64,000 bases of DNA, taken from NCBI GenBank assembly GCA_002269645.1, contig NIVC01001848.1, positions 1-64,000 of the forward strand. Reading direction: 5' to 3'. Numbering within the stretch: the stretch's first letter is position 1; each line of letters starts with the position of its first letter. Origin of the DNA: Macrostomum lignano. Its lineage: Eukaryota. The position numbers were made by a program, and so were the translations under genes. The notes beneath the pieces were generated by a model. It was given only the letters and a program-made list of their open reading frames with translations, was not told where the DNA came from and made no database searches. Positions 25,301-37,252 of this stretch are shown in pieces.

Positions 25301-28300
25301 CAGATAATTCTCTTGTTAACTGATACAAAATAAATATTTCTGATCGGTCAGAAAAGGCTGTAGTGAAGAAAGTGCACCGACTTTTGGGACACCCCTCGTA
25401 ATAAATCTTCCCTCTTTGATACCGCCGCTGCAGCCGTTGCTTGGGCAGCAAAAGCAGAAGCAGCACGAGTTGCAGCAGCAGCAGCAATCTAGCTACCACA
25501 GCTGCGACCTGGACGAGCTGTATCCCCCGATCGAAGCCGGGACTACAGACGCTCGCATCGGCTCGCCTTTTAATGGAGTCGGTCGCGGCGCCTATTTAGA
25601 GATGCTTAGCAGTCTGGAGGCCAAAAAGTTTGTCAGCGATCTGCTGGCGCTGGAACCGAATAAGATACCGAAAATTGCTGAGCAGGGTGAGTAGCTTTTC
25701 AGTATTGTGATGATAGCTGCAGTCCAAATTTATGTAGCTAAAGATGCAACCGCGGTAGGTGCAACCTAGATCAGCTATTAATGCAACCGCGGTAGGTGCA
25801 ACCTAGATCAGCTATTAATGCAACCGCGGTAGGTGCAACCTAGATCAGCTAATAATGCAACCGCGTTAGGTGCAACCTAGATCAGCTATTAATGCAACCG
25901 CGGTAGGTGCAACCTAGATCAGCTATTAATGCAACCACGGTAGGTGCAAGTGCAACCTAGATCAGCTATAGATGCAACCTAGATCATCGGTAGGTGCAAC
26001 CTAGATCAGCTATTAATGCAACCGCGGTAGGTGCAACCTAGATCAGCTATTAATGCAACCACGGTAGGTGCAAGTGCAACCTAGATCAGCTATAGATGCA
26101 ACCTAGATCATCGGTAGGTGCAACCTAGATCAGCTATTGATGCAACCTAGATCAGCTATAGATGCAACCTAGATCATCGGTAGGTGCAACCTAGATCAGC
26201 TATAGATGCAACCTAGATCATCGGTAGGTGCAACCTAGATCAGCTATTGATGCAACCTAGATCAGCTATTAATGCAACCTAGATCATCGGTAGGTGCAAC
26301 CTAGATCAGCTATTGATGCAACCTAGATCAGCTATTAATGCAACCTAGATCATCGGTAGGTGCAACCTAGATCAGCTATTGATGCAACCTAGATCAGCTA
26401 TTAATGCAACCTAGATCATCGGTAGGTGCAACCTAGATCAGCTATTGATGCAACCTAGATCAGCTATTAATGCAACCTAGATCAGCTATTGATGCAACCT
26501 AGATCAGCTATTGATGCAACCTAGATCAGCTATTGATGCAACCTAGATCAGCTATTGATGCAACCTAGATCAGCTATTGATGCAACCTAGATCAGCTATT
26601 GATGCAACCTAGATCAGCTATTGATGCAACCTAGATCAGCTATTGATGCAACCTAGATCAGCTATTGATGCAACCTAGATCAGCTATTGATGCAACCTAG
26701 ATCAGCTATTGATGCAACCTAGATCAGCTATTGATGCAACCTAGATCAGCTATAGATGCAACCGAGATCAGCTATAGATGCAACCGAGATCAGCTATAGA
26801 TGCAACCGAGATCAGTGGTAGATGCAGCCTGCAGTTTCAAAGCCACCTTTGGATCGACAGCAGATGCAGCCCATTGTTTAAAAAAATGGAGGCTGCTACC
26901 CACCTTTAAACAGTGGAAATATTTCACTCGCCTGCATCTGTCATTTTATTATTTTGTCGCGTTTTAAAGGCCTGGGTTGAGTGGAAAAATATTGAACTAA
27001 TAATCCTACAAAATCCCATTGAATTGGCCTGAGCTTATATTAACTGAAGGGCAGTCGACAATGAATCAGCAGAGGATGAAATTGTTAAAATTCCAGTCAG
27101 ATAGAAGAGGCGGCAGCTGTTTCCACTAATTTAATTGCTTGCACCATCGGCAAATTGGATAGCACAGTTGGGCCAAATAGATAGATTAAACCCTAAAGTT
27201 TGTTTATAATTCGTTTATTTGCTACCATTTTTGGCCTGAGTTTTTTTGCTCAATAATAAGTTTGTCTCGTTGACTCACGAGTGTTAAGTACAAGGTGAAC
27301 TTTATTAGGTTATTAATTGAGTACAAGAAGCATAATAAAAGCCATCTTTGCACTAAAGCAAGGAGAGCAGAGAGTCTCTTGCTGCGGATTAGCTATTCAG
27401 CTCCTTTTTGCATGAATACTCAAGGTTTTGCCTCACCAACTCTCTCCCAAGCAGTGTTGCTAGGGAAGAGAAGGGCGGGGATAAAATGGATTGGGATTTG
27501 GCTGCTCCCCCTTCCCCACTTTTGGCGACGCGGCAAGGTGAAAGATGGGCGCTAGTCGTAGTCTTGTATCCCCTATGTTTTGCTGATCAGCTATTTTAGC
27601 TGCTTTACAGGAGAGGGGAGGGACTCAGTGAAAAACGTTACTGTGACAGGAATCGCTAAAAGGCTCTTGTGACTTTTTAACAATTCTAACCGACTGTTAT
27701 GCGTCTGTTAAGTCACGAATGCATCTCGTGAGGTGTAGAATTGTATTGGGTCGCGAAAGAGTCGTTCTGTTAGCGCTTAACTTTCTACTAACTCAAGCCA
27801 GACTCAATAGAGTTGTGTTATTAATGCAAAATGCGATTATTATTCTTTATAAAGTAACGCAGATGCGCTTTAGAGACAACTCAGTGATTCTACAGCGACT
27901 CCGGAGGTCCCAGACGGCCCCAGATTCGTTTCAGAGTTCTAAACGAAAAAAACGCCTCAAATTGGGTCTTAGGCGACGCTTTGACGACTTTTTGGCGACT
28001 TTTACCGTGACATCTCGTCGTTTTAGAGTCGTCTAGAGTCACTTCTTTCCTGTTCTTGGTCTGGGTTTTCATCGGGAGAATTAAGGAAAAGCATCCAATT
28101 GATGAAGCGAACTCGATGCACTTTTCAATCAATGCAGGCTACTTTTGCTGCACAAGACTGAAGTGCGGTCAAGCCTTTATGAACACAGCCTATTTGGAGG
28201 TTGAAAACATCATTCGCTTCTGCAAGGAGGTGCCCAACTTCTCGGAATTGGCAATGTCAGATAGGAAGCTGCTTATTCAGAGCGCTTTTCTGGACATTCA

Positions 28301-31300
28301 GATGATTCGCTTGGCATTCAGGTGCGTGTTTTCTATTGATCTGAGAGAATTGGGTGTTTGCTAAGGTCCTTTCCCAAAATCAACTGTCCTACTATTCCCC
28401 TATTTTTATCTGAATTCCCATTGTCCCAATCCTCAAGCCGAATTCCCATTGTCCCAATCCTCAAGCCGAATTCCCATTGTCCCAATCCTCAAGCCGAATT
28501 CCCATTGTCCCAATCCTCAAGCCGAATTCCCATTGTCCCAATCCTCAAGCCGAATTCCCATTGTCCCAATCCTCAAGCCGAATTCCCATTGTCCCAATCC
28601 TCAAGCCGAATTCCCATTGTCCCAATCCTCAAGCCGAATTCCCATTGTCCCAATCCTCAAGCTGAATTCCCATTGTCCCAATCCTCAAGCTGAATTCCCA
28701 TTGCCCCAATCCTCTAGCTGAATTCCCATTGCCCCAATCCTCTAACTGAATTCCCATCGCCCCAATCCTCTAACTGAATTCCCATTGCCCCAATCCTCTA
28801 ACTGAATTCCCATTGCCCCAATCCTCTAACTGAATTCCCATCGCCCCAATCCTCTGACTGAATTCCCATCGCCCCAATCCTCTGACTGAATTCCCATCGC
28901 CCTAATCTTCTAACTGAATTCCCATCGCCCCAATCCTCTAACTGAATTCCCATCGCCCCAATCCTCTAACTGAATTCCCATTGTCCCAATCCTCTAACTG
29001 AATTCCCATTGCCCCAATCCTCTAACTGAATTCCCATTGTCCCAATCCTCTAACTGAATTCCCATTGCCCCAATCCTCTAACTGAATTCCCATTGTCCCA
29101 ATCCTCTAACTGAATTCCCATTGCCCCAATCCTCTAACTGAATTCCCATTGTCCCAATCCTCTAACTGAATTCCCATTGTCCCAATCCTCTAACTGAATT
29201 CCCATTGTCCCAATCCTCTAGCTGAATTCCCATTGCCCCAATCCTCTAGCTGAATTCCCATTGTCCCAATCTTCTAACTGAATTTCCATTGCCCCAATGC
29301 AGAGTTTTTAATCCTGCAGTCGAAATCCTAATTGCAGCAAGATCCTAATTCAATAATATTTATGTTCATTCTCTCGTCTATTACAGGACAGTTTAAACTT
29401 AAATCCCTATTTCAAAATATTGATATTGTTTGATCCCTACTCACCCAGAGTATTATTTTGTACTGGGAGAGTTTACGGTATGAATAATACGCTAACTAGG
29501 TGAGCCCCACTGGGTTGCCGCACTCGGCAATACCCCCTCCCGCCGCCGCCCGGCCCTTGCAGAACAATGGAGCTGGCCCAGCCCAAGAAGGTAATGTTCA
29601 GCGAAGGCATGGAGTTCGATATTCACCAGACTCGCTACTATACTGGCTATCCGGACAGCTTATTCCATCTAGTGCAAGAGATTGTCCACTGCATGCAGTA
29701 TTTCAATGTGGACATTGTTGACTGCGCCCTGCTGCAGCTGCTCACGCTCTACAGTGACAGTGAGTTTTCAACTATTCTTCTATTGATTACTGTTTAAGCT
29801 AAAGGTCTTCTGAGTCATTGGCCGGGAGGATGCTGTGCAATTAACACCTATGAGGGCCAGCCCCCAAGACACAGAGTGAACATACCTTACGATAAGTCAG
29901 GGCCCGCTGTACACCCAAAAAATAGGTGGGGCTTTTATTGGGCAATCCAGTATGAATCAGCCTAAGCCATGTTACACTGGGCTCCCGCTTTGCGCTTTTG
30001 CAATTTTGTGTCAGCGTGACAACAAAGTTTGTGTGCTACTCATGTTGCAATGCCCCGGCTTGAGCTTTGAATTGGCTCTCTTGAACTCTAGTAGGAAGGA
30101 AGGAAGTTTCTCTCTCCTCTGGCTTCTCAATTGAGTAAATATTCTTTACATTTGTATATGCGAGAGCATTCTGAGAATTGCGTATTGCCCCACTTTATAA
30201 GTATTATATTCTGAATTGTTAATATGCAGTACGCTCTTTTGCGCAGTGTAGCGTTTGTTCTCTAAGAGCCAAAGCATGTTTTGGTGGGGTGGCACGCTCA
30301 AGATACAGCTTTATACTTCCAGTTCAGTAGCAAAATAATACATAAGCTGTTTTATAGGGCTCAATAAAGCCAGCTCAAATTTAGAAGCCCAAGCTTACAG
30401 GCGTAAACAGCTTGCTAATTGGTTCAGCCATAATGTACATTAGCCAGTCCACTGAAATGTACATGGCAGCTTTAGGCTTGAACAGTGGGAGAAGGCGATA
30501 AAAATTGGGCGGTGGGGTGGGGTAGAGGTTTTGTGTGAAAAGGCGCGATTGGAGCCAATAAATAAGCCTTGACTTTAAAAATACACTAATATGCTTCTGT
30601 TTAACCTACTACTGAACTGAAAGTAGCTTACAGACGCTAATGTACTGAGTGGCCTTTCTTGTACGTTGGGTAAACATTTTTTGGGAAGTGGGAAGTACCT
30701 TCTGTAGACAGTTTTAATAATTAAACTTAATGATGATAAAAGATTATGAATAAAATCACAAAAATGAGATTTAATTATTCTAAATTTTCTATTTACTTCT
30801 TTTTCTTGTCAGCAGGTGGTGACAGTTTAGGCTGCATCTTTCGTGAGATGCAAAATTTTCTTGCCATTTTTATTCTGTAGATTTGATCCTTACGATTACT
30901 GTTGCCATCATTTCCATTGAATAGCTATTTGTAGCCGTTCGCATCATTATGATTAATATGCAGTGTATTTTCTTTAAAAACCTTCTCAAAGTACTTTTCC
31001 TGCGCGTGCAGTGAGCGAAGCGATTCTATCGTTAGCAAATGGCTTTTATCCTCTCTATATTGCTCCCAGCCATTATTTATCAAAGCGATGCTACTTCCCA
31101 CCGCGTCAAGACTGCTTAATATAGAATTTCTGGAGCAGAATGCGGTTTCAGTTTGTCTATGTACTCGTATGTCCATTTATCTGATCCGTTAGTAATCCGT
31201 TCGGATGCTTTGCCTTAATCCTCTGCAAGTGAGTGAGTGAATTATTCCTGTCTATCAGAACTGAGCTTTGGGAGCGCTTATCGGAATAGAAAAGCTCCTA

Positions 31301-31589
31301 TCCTCTCCTCACTAATCCCCCTGCCCAACCCCGCCCAGACGTGCAGGGCCTGTGCGATCCCCAGCTGGTGACGCGGCAGCAGAACCGGGTGCTGGAGTTC
31401 CTGCGCCAGTGCAGCTCGGCCAGATTCCCGGAGGCGCCATCGCGCGTAGCCGGCCTCCTGTTGCGCCTGCCCCTGGTCAGGCAGCTGTCGCTTATGGCCG
31501 CCCAAGAGTTTCAGGCTATGCTCGCTTCGGGCATGTACGAGGCCAGCCCTCTGGTGCTGGAGATTCTCACCAAGCAGGATCCGGCCTGA
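22385..31589 (+). CDS. Nuclear hormone receptor (C4 zinc-finger DBD plus LBD), about 507 aa; subfamily unresolved
   Basis: Exons 22385-22431, 22529-22716, 23372-23775, 25434-25686, 28138-28321, 29563-29759 and 31339-31589 (1524 nt, phases consistent). [31 protein letters not shown]...[14 protein letters not shown]; [32 protein letters not shown] and AF-2-like PLVLEIL. Confidence 0.93.
22785..23315. repeat. 32-bp intronic minisatellite
   Basis: Unit gggtgcactggatggggtgtgtttcaaccaac. Confidence 0.95.
24053..24543. mobile_element. MITE copy 2 (gagtcgc family)
   Basis: Reverse-complement match to 3832-4297. Confidence 0.75.
24550..25398 (-). mobile_element. Decayed, internally deleted mariner in a nuclear receptor intron
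   Basis: One TIR (cttttgggacacccctcg followed by TA at 25399-25400). Minus-strand remnants [16 protein letters not shown] and [14 protein letters not shown], with frameshifts and a stop. Confidence 0.8.
25740..26820. repeat. 22-bp-based intronic minisatellite
   Basis: Core gatgcaacctagatcagctatt, with longer variants containing gcggtaggt or catcggtaggt. Confidence 0.95.
27623..28076. mobile_element. MITE copy 3 (gagtcgc family, diverged)
   Basis: Homologous to 24053-24543; ends ttttcatcggg. Confidence 0.6.
28410..29300. repeat. 28-bp intronic minisatellite with a sequence gradient
   Basis: ccgaattcccattgtcccaatcctcaag grades into ctgaattcccattgccccaatcctctaa. Confidence 0.95.
30375..30655. 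mobile_element. Second copy of the 1445-1868 MITE
   Basis: Reverse-complement similarity, e.g. ttagccagtccactgaaat and ggcagctttaggct. Confidence 0.7.
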
Positions 31590-31647
31590 TTGACAGCTCT
31601 TCATCCTGCTCTTTGCCTGCTGGCCAATCTGTTGTGACAGTTTGTGT

Positions 31648-31740
31648 ACTTGTCTGTCTGTCTGTCTGTCTTAGTGTCTGTCTGTCTGTCTGATCTGTCT
31701 GTCTGTCTGATCTGTCTGTCTGTCTGTCTGTCTGTCTTAG

Positions 31741-31825
<85 letters not shown>

Positions 31826-31888
31826 TGTCTGTTCGTCTGTCTGTCTGTCGTCTGTCTGTCTATCTGTCTGTCTGTCTGTCTGTCTTAG

Positions 31889-31941
<53 letters not shown>

Positions 31942-31959
31942 TGTCTGTCTTGTCTGTTC

Positions 31960-31999
<40 letters not shown>

Positions 32000-32046
32000 T
32001 AGTGTCTGTCTGTCTGTCTATCTGTCTGTCTGTCTGTCTGTCTTAG

Positions 32047-32124
<78 letters not shown>

Positions 32125-32148
32125 TGTCTGTTCGTCTGTCTGTCTGTC

Positions 32149-32228
<80 letters not shown>

Positions 32229-32231
32229 TAG

Positions 32232-32272
<41 letters not shown>

Positions 32273-32336
32273 TGTCTGTCTTGTCTGTTCGTCTGTCTGT
32301 CTGTCGTCTGTCTGTCTGTCGTCTGTCTGTCTGTCT
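31648..32336. repeat. (GTCT)n microsatellite, about 690 bp, just after the receptor stop codon
   Basis: Imperfect gtct runs interrupted by ttagt, tgttc and tatc. Confidence 0.97.
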
Positions 32337-32589
32337 TTTTGTTATTACAGCTCGCTTTAACTTTTTACTCACTTTAGATCTAAACAGATTTTGCTTTTTG
32401 TTGTACGCCTATTTGCTGGTAGAAGGAGGGCACAAGCCTAACAGTGTAGCATAGGCTCTATAAGCCTGCTGACACCAGGAGTATCAATACAATTAAGTTC
32501 ACAAGCCTTAGAGTTTACAACTATTGTATAAAAAAATTCTAGACTTAGTTTGGGCGTTGTAAAGTTTACAGTCTCTGTTGAAGCTTAGG

Positions 32590-32840
32590 GCTTGTGAAGT
32601 TCAGGGTCTGTGAAGCTCATCGTCTCTGAAGTTCAGGGTCTGTGAAGCTTAGCGTCTCTGAAATTCAGGGTCTGTGAAGCTTAGCGTCTCTGAAGTTCAG
32701 GGTCTGAAAAGTTCAGGGTCTGTGAAGCTCATCGTCTCTGAAGTTCAGGGTCTGTGAAGCTTAGCGTCTCTGAAGTTCAGGGTCTGTGAAGCTCAGCGTC
32801 TCTGAAGTTCAGGGTCTCTGAAGCTCAGGGTCTCGGAAGT
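32590..32840. repeat. Approximately 32-bp minisatellite
   Basis: ctgtgaagcttagcgtctctgaagttcagggt. Confidence 0.85.
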
Positions 32841-33975
32841 TTAGGTACTTTTAAAAGCGAAATCTAATTAAATTTCTGGCATTAGGAAATTTAGTATTTG
32901 TGACAAAACTTACAGTAGCACGAGATGCTTTTTCGTCTGGTTTCCCTTGATCCCGATCAGCAGATTGCTGTCCTTACTCGCAAGTTAATCTGGTATTTCA
33001 GTGAATTATTTTAATTGTTTTGTTTAGTATTTTTTTTAGTTTTTATAATATGCTACGCTTTTCTATGGAAATACGAATTATTAAATCGAAACCAGTGTTT
33101 AATGGTCTTAGCTAATATGTTTATCAACTATTGTCTATTTTTATGCTATCTGTTGCCATGGCTACACTGTTCTTGCCTGTGGTGAATAAATTTAGACTTG
33201 CCAACTACAGGGCAGCGGTTATTAATGTTGCCAAAATAATCAGGAGACAATGTCTATCGGATTACCGGCTTATTTTTGCCCAAGTTGCAACTGTTTTCTA
33301 GAAGTTATAAATATAACCCAGCTCATTTTCATGACGAATCTCCCTCTTGCATGCTCAACTTTGAGAGTTTGGCTTCAACAACGGCCTTCGGACATTCTCA
33401 AACTAAATTGTTGCTGTTTTGTACTTTTTTGTTTCTTTAGGACAAAGTAGTTGCTTTTAAAGATTGGATGCTTTAACTCGGCAGATTTTATTCTTAATAA
33501 AATTTACGCGTCTAACCGCTTTCTTGCTGTTATATTGCATTAGAAGTGTTATTGATATGCGTATATTTCCGCGTCTGTTCGTCTGTCTGCTTTTAGTATT
33601 TTGTAGACGTTGCGCTCTTTTGGGACCCAATCTTTGCAATGGGGAACCTTGGAATATTCATATACCGATATAGAACTGCTTGCTGTCTGATAGAACTGCT
33701 AATTCAAAATGCCGCCAGACTTTTAAATGTTTTTTTTTTCAATTTTTGTGCGTCTGTTTGAATGTATTAATGTTTATTTATCCTAAATTACCTGACATAG
33801 AGTAACTAATTGTCTGTACTTTATTGTAAGCGCGTTATTAAATCAATATATCACTAAACGACCACTGCCATTTTCTGTCAATATATGTAACTGTGCGCCT
33901 TGCCATCAGATTTCTGCGCAGATGTCGCTGCTTATTTATTGTTTATTCATTTCATCATTTTGAGGAAAAGAACTA

Positions 33976-35280
33976 CCCCGATAGGAAAGGGCAGCCTCTA
34001 ATTTTTACCCTAGCCTCAAACGCAGCCTCGAATGAACCTCAAAGCGGATTTTTCGAGGTTGGTTTGATGTTAGCCTCAAAAATAATATTCAGCATTGAAA
34101 GAGATTGTATTTGATGCTGGATTCGAGGCTGGAGTAGAGGTTCAAATTAGAGTCTGAAGTAGAGGCTGGATTAGAGGCTTTATTTGAGCCTGGATTTGAT
34201 GTTTAGTTTAGAGGCTAAATCGAGGCTAGATTAGAGGTTGAATTCGAGGCTGGAATAGAGGTTGAATTCGAGGCTGGAATAGAGGCTGGATTCGATGTTC
34301 AAGTTAGAGACTGGATTCGATGTTCAAGTTAGAGGCTGGATTCGATGTTCAAGTTAGAGGCTGGATTCGATGTTCAAGTTAGCGGCTGGATTCGATGTTC
34401 AAGTTAGCGGCTGGATTCGATGTTCAAGTTAGCGGCTGGATTCGATGTTCAAGTTAGAGGCTGGATTCGATGTTCAAGTTAGCGGCTGGATTCGATGTTC
34501 AAGTTAGCGGCTGGATTCGATGTTCAAGTTAGCGGCTGGATTCGATGTTCAAGTTAGAGGCTGGATTCGATGTTCAAGTTAGCGGCTGGATTCGATGTTC
34601 AAGTTAGCGGCTGGATTCGATGTTCAAGTTAGCGGCTGGATTCGATGTTCAAGTTAGCGGCTGGATTCGATGTTCAAGTTAGCGGCTGGATTCGATGTTC
34701 AAGTTAGCGGCTGGATTCGATGTTCAAGTTAGAGGCTGGATTAGAGGTCGGATTAGAGGCTGGATTAGAGGCTGGAAGAGAAGCTCAAGTTGGAGGCTTA
34801 ATGTTGTGTGTCTGCAGCTCTTTTGCAAATAGAGGAGCAAATATCCCTCCCACAAAAATGTGAACTCTGTATATACTCGCCTGTGCCCAGTAAGACACCC
34901 GTCTCTGTATAAGCGAATACGTTTATGGCCGATTATATGGCCTTTTAAAATCTTTTTGAACAGATATTGTCTAACTGTTTAGTATTGCCTTTGAAAAAAC
35001 TACGCCAGTCTCGAATCCATCCTCTAATTGAGCCTTAAATTCAGCATCGAATCGCCAGCCTCTAATCCAGCCTCCAATACGAGCCTCAAATAGCGAGCAT
35101 CAAATCGGGGTCATTTTTAGAGGCTGCCACACCCAAGAGTCGAGCCTCTAACCTAGCCTTTAGCCTCCCATTGGTTTAGTGTAACCAAATAAAAAAATCA
35201 TTAGACTCTAATGTGCCCTAAGACTCTAAGGCGAGCGCCAAAAAGTGAGCCTCCAACACCCCTCCAGATTTCCCATCGGG
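33976..35280. mobile_element. TA-flanked TIR element carrying 12-bp and 25-bp tandem arrays
   Basis: TA|CCCCGATAGGAAA ... TTTCCCATCGGG|TA; internal agcggctggattcgatgttcaagtt array at about 34310-34735; agcctc/gaggct repeats in opposite orientations. Confidence 0.7.
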
Positions 35281-35766
35281 TACACGCAGCGTTTCCTGTC
35301 GAATTCGTTCGTGATCACAGATGGGATTAATTAGTGGCCGGGCGTGCAGGTGCAGCAGAGCCGATGTAAATCCGATGCTGCCTTTGCTTTAATCTGCTTA
35401 TTAATCTACTCTAATCCATATCAGTTCTCAAAAGCACAAAGCGAAAGCAGGAGGTGGAGGGGGTAATTACAGTAAAACCAGCTGCCTACGCGTGATAGTG
35501 TCGATAATTAATCCGTTTTTCGTAAACAATCTAAATATACTAAATCTCTAAGGTTTGTATGCTTGCTTGAATGTCCATTTAATTTCTAAATTTGCCTGTC
35601 TCTGGACGCAGTTATAATTAGTTTTACATAAAACTAAATTGTCCAATCCCTAATCGGAGTAATGGGACTTCCTAGCGAGAGTAAACTGTTCCAAACATAT
35701 GGGATGCGCTCTCTTTTTGAAGCGCGTTTAGACCTCACGGCTTCACGGTTTTACTTTAAACGGTAA

Positions 35767-36528
35767 TATAGCTCTTTGCAGCCCATTTGGGCTTACGCGC
35801 ATTTAATTCAATCCAAGATACGTTTGCCAATGTAACGAAGCTTTTGTCTATGGTAGCAAGGCTGGCACAGCGGCACTTAATTTGGTCCAACAAGCATCAA
35901 TTTGGTCCATAGCTTCATTTGCAACTGTTGCGGAGGAGCAAGATCAGCCCCAGAATTGTGAACCATGCTAGGTTGTCGAACGTATGCCACTGGCTTGTGA
36001 TCAAAGCACTCAACAGAGGTGAACACCCAAAGGACATTGCAAGGTTGCTGAATATAGAAGAAAGATGGTTTACAGCATCCATCAGCGTGTTGAAACCACT
36101 TCTGGCATAGGTCGCCTGTGAAAGGTGGCAATCGCCAAGGCAAGTTGTTAGAGACTCAGGTCCAACTGCTACTTAATGCAATTGAGACGAACCCTTTTTT
36201 GACGTTGCAGAAAATGCAGCAGCAGTTGAAGGAACAGTTCCAGTTGGTTATCAGATTTGGACCAGCAGCAGAGCTCTGGAAAAGCGACTGAAAATTGCTG
36301 GTGCAGACGCTGACATTCCAGCGGTGCACAACAACCCTTAGGCGGTTGCGAGAAGGCAAGAGTTTGCCATTGGCTCACAAGAATTTGGACCAAATTGATG
36401 TTTGTTGGACCAAATCAAATGCCACTGCGCCAGCCTTGCTACCATAGACAAAAGCTCCGTTACATTGGCAAACGTATCTTGGATTAAATTAAATGCGCGT
36501 AGGCCCAAATAAGCTGCAAAAAGCTATA
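35767..36528 (+). mobile_element. Decayed Tc1/IS630-like element with about 143-bp imperfect TIRs and an HTH remnant
   Basis: Arms 35767-35909 and 36386-36528 are inverted. The interior reads VIKALNRGEHPKDIARLLNI / RKMVYSIHQRVETT / GGNRQG across frameshifts and a stop. Confidence 0.65.
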
Positions 36529-37252
36529 TATAAATATATTGTAACATGACCTTTTTGCCCGGCGGGCACTTAATCAATCCATTTAATACCATAGACTATG
36601 TTTAGTGCCCGCAAATTGGCGGGAAGTTTAACAACACTTTCACATGTATTTGCGAAAGAGTGCATGATTTATACAGCGTGTATAACTTGGAAAGTGTCTA
36701 TGGTTACACCTCAGCGGGGGCTAGCCCCCGCACCCAGTCGCCTCGCTCTCTCATTCTTTCTCTCGCTGCCTTTGTGAGACAAAAATGTCTATGGCACAAT
36801 AACACTATAACAGTAATATATCGATCGATGCTTTAAGGGTGTGACTGGCAAATCCTATGGGGTGTAGTTGGGTATTACGAGAAGTCTCTCCTCTCCTCTA
36901 ATCTCATCTCATCTTCTATCTCCACTATCCCCTCTCCTGGCCGGCAGGCACGAGCTAGATTCTTCATCTGGCCCTTGAAGTAAAGAAGTTTGTCATTGCC
37001 CGAAATATTTGTTCATGGCAATGACCTCCGGACAATGACCGGCCATTTTCTGGAGGTAAAATAACAAGACTGGACAACAATACCATAGGCGAAAAAAGTA
37101 ACACGAAGCGTGAAATTCTTATATTTATTGAAGTCCAACAAAAAATGTTCCAACAATAACACTGCTTAGTCAATTGAGTGCAAGTCTAACCTATGGTCAT
37201 GTTCTCATCACGACAGCAGGAGAAAGTCCAGAAAATACGACGGTTGAGTCCA

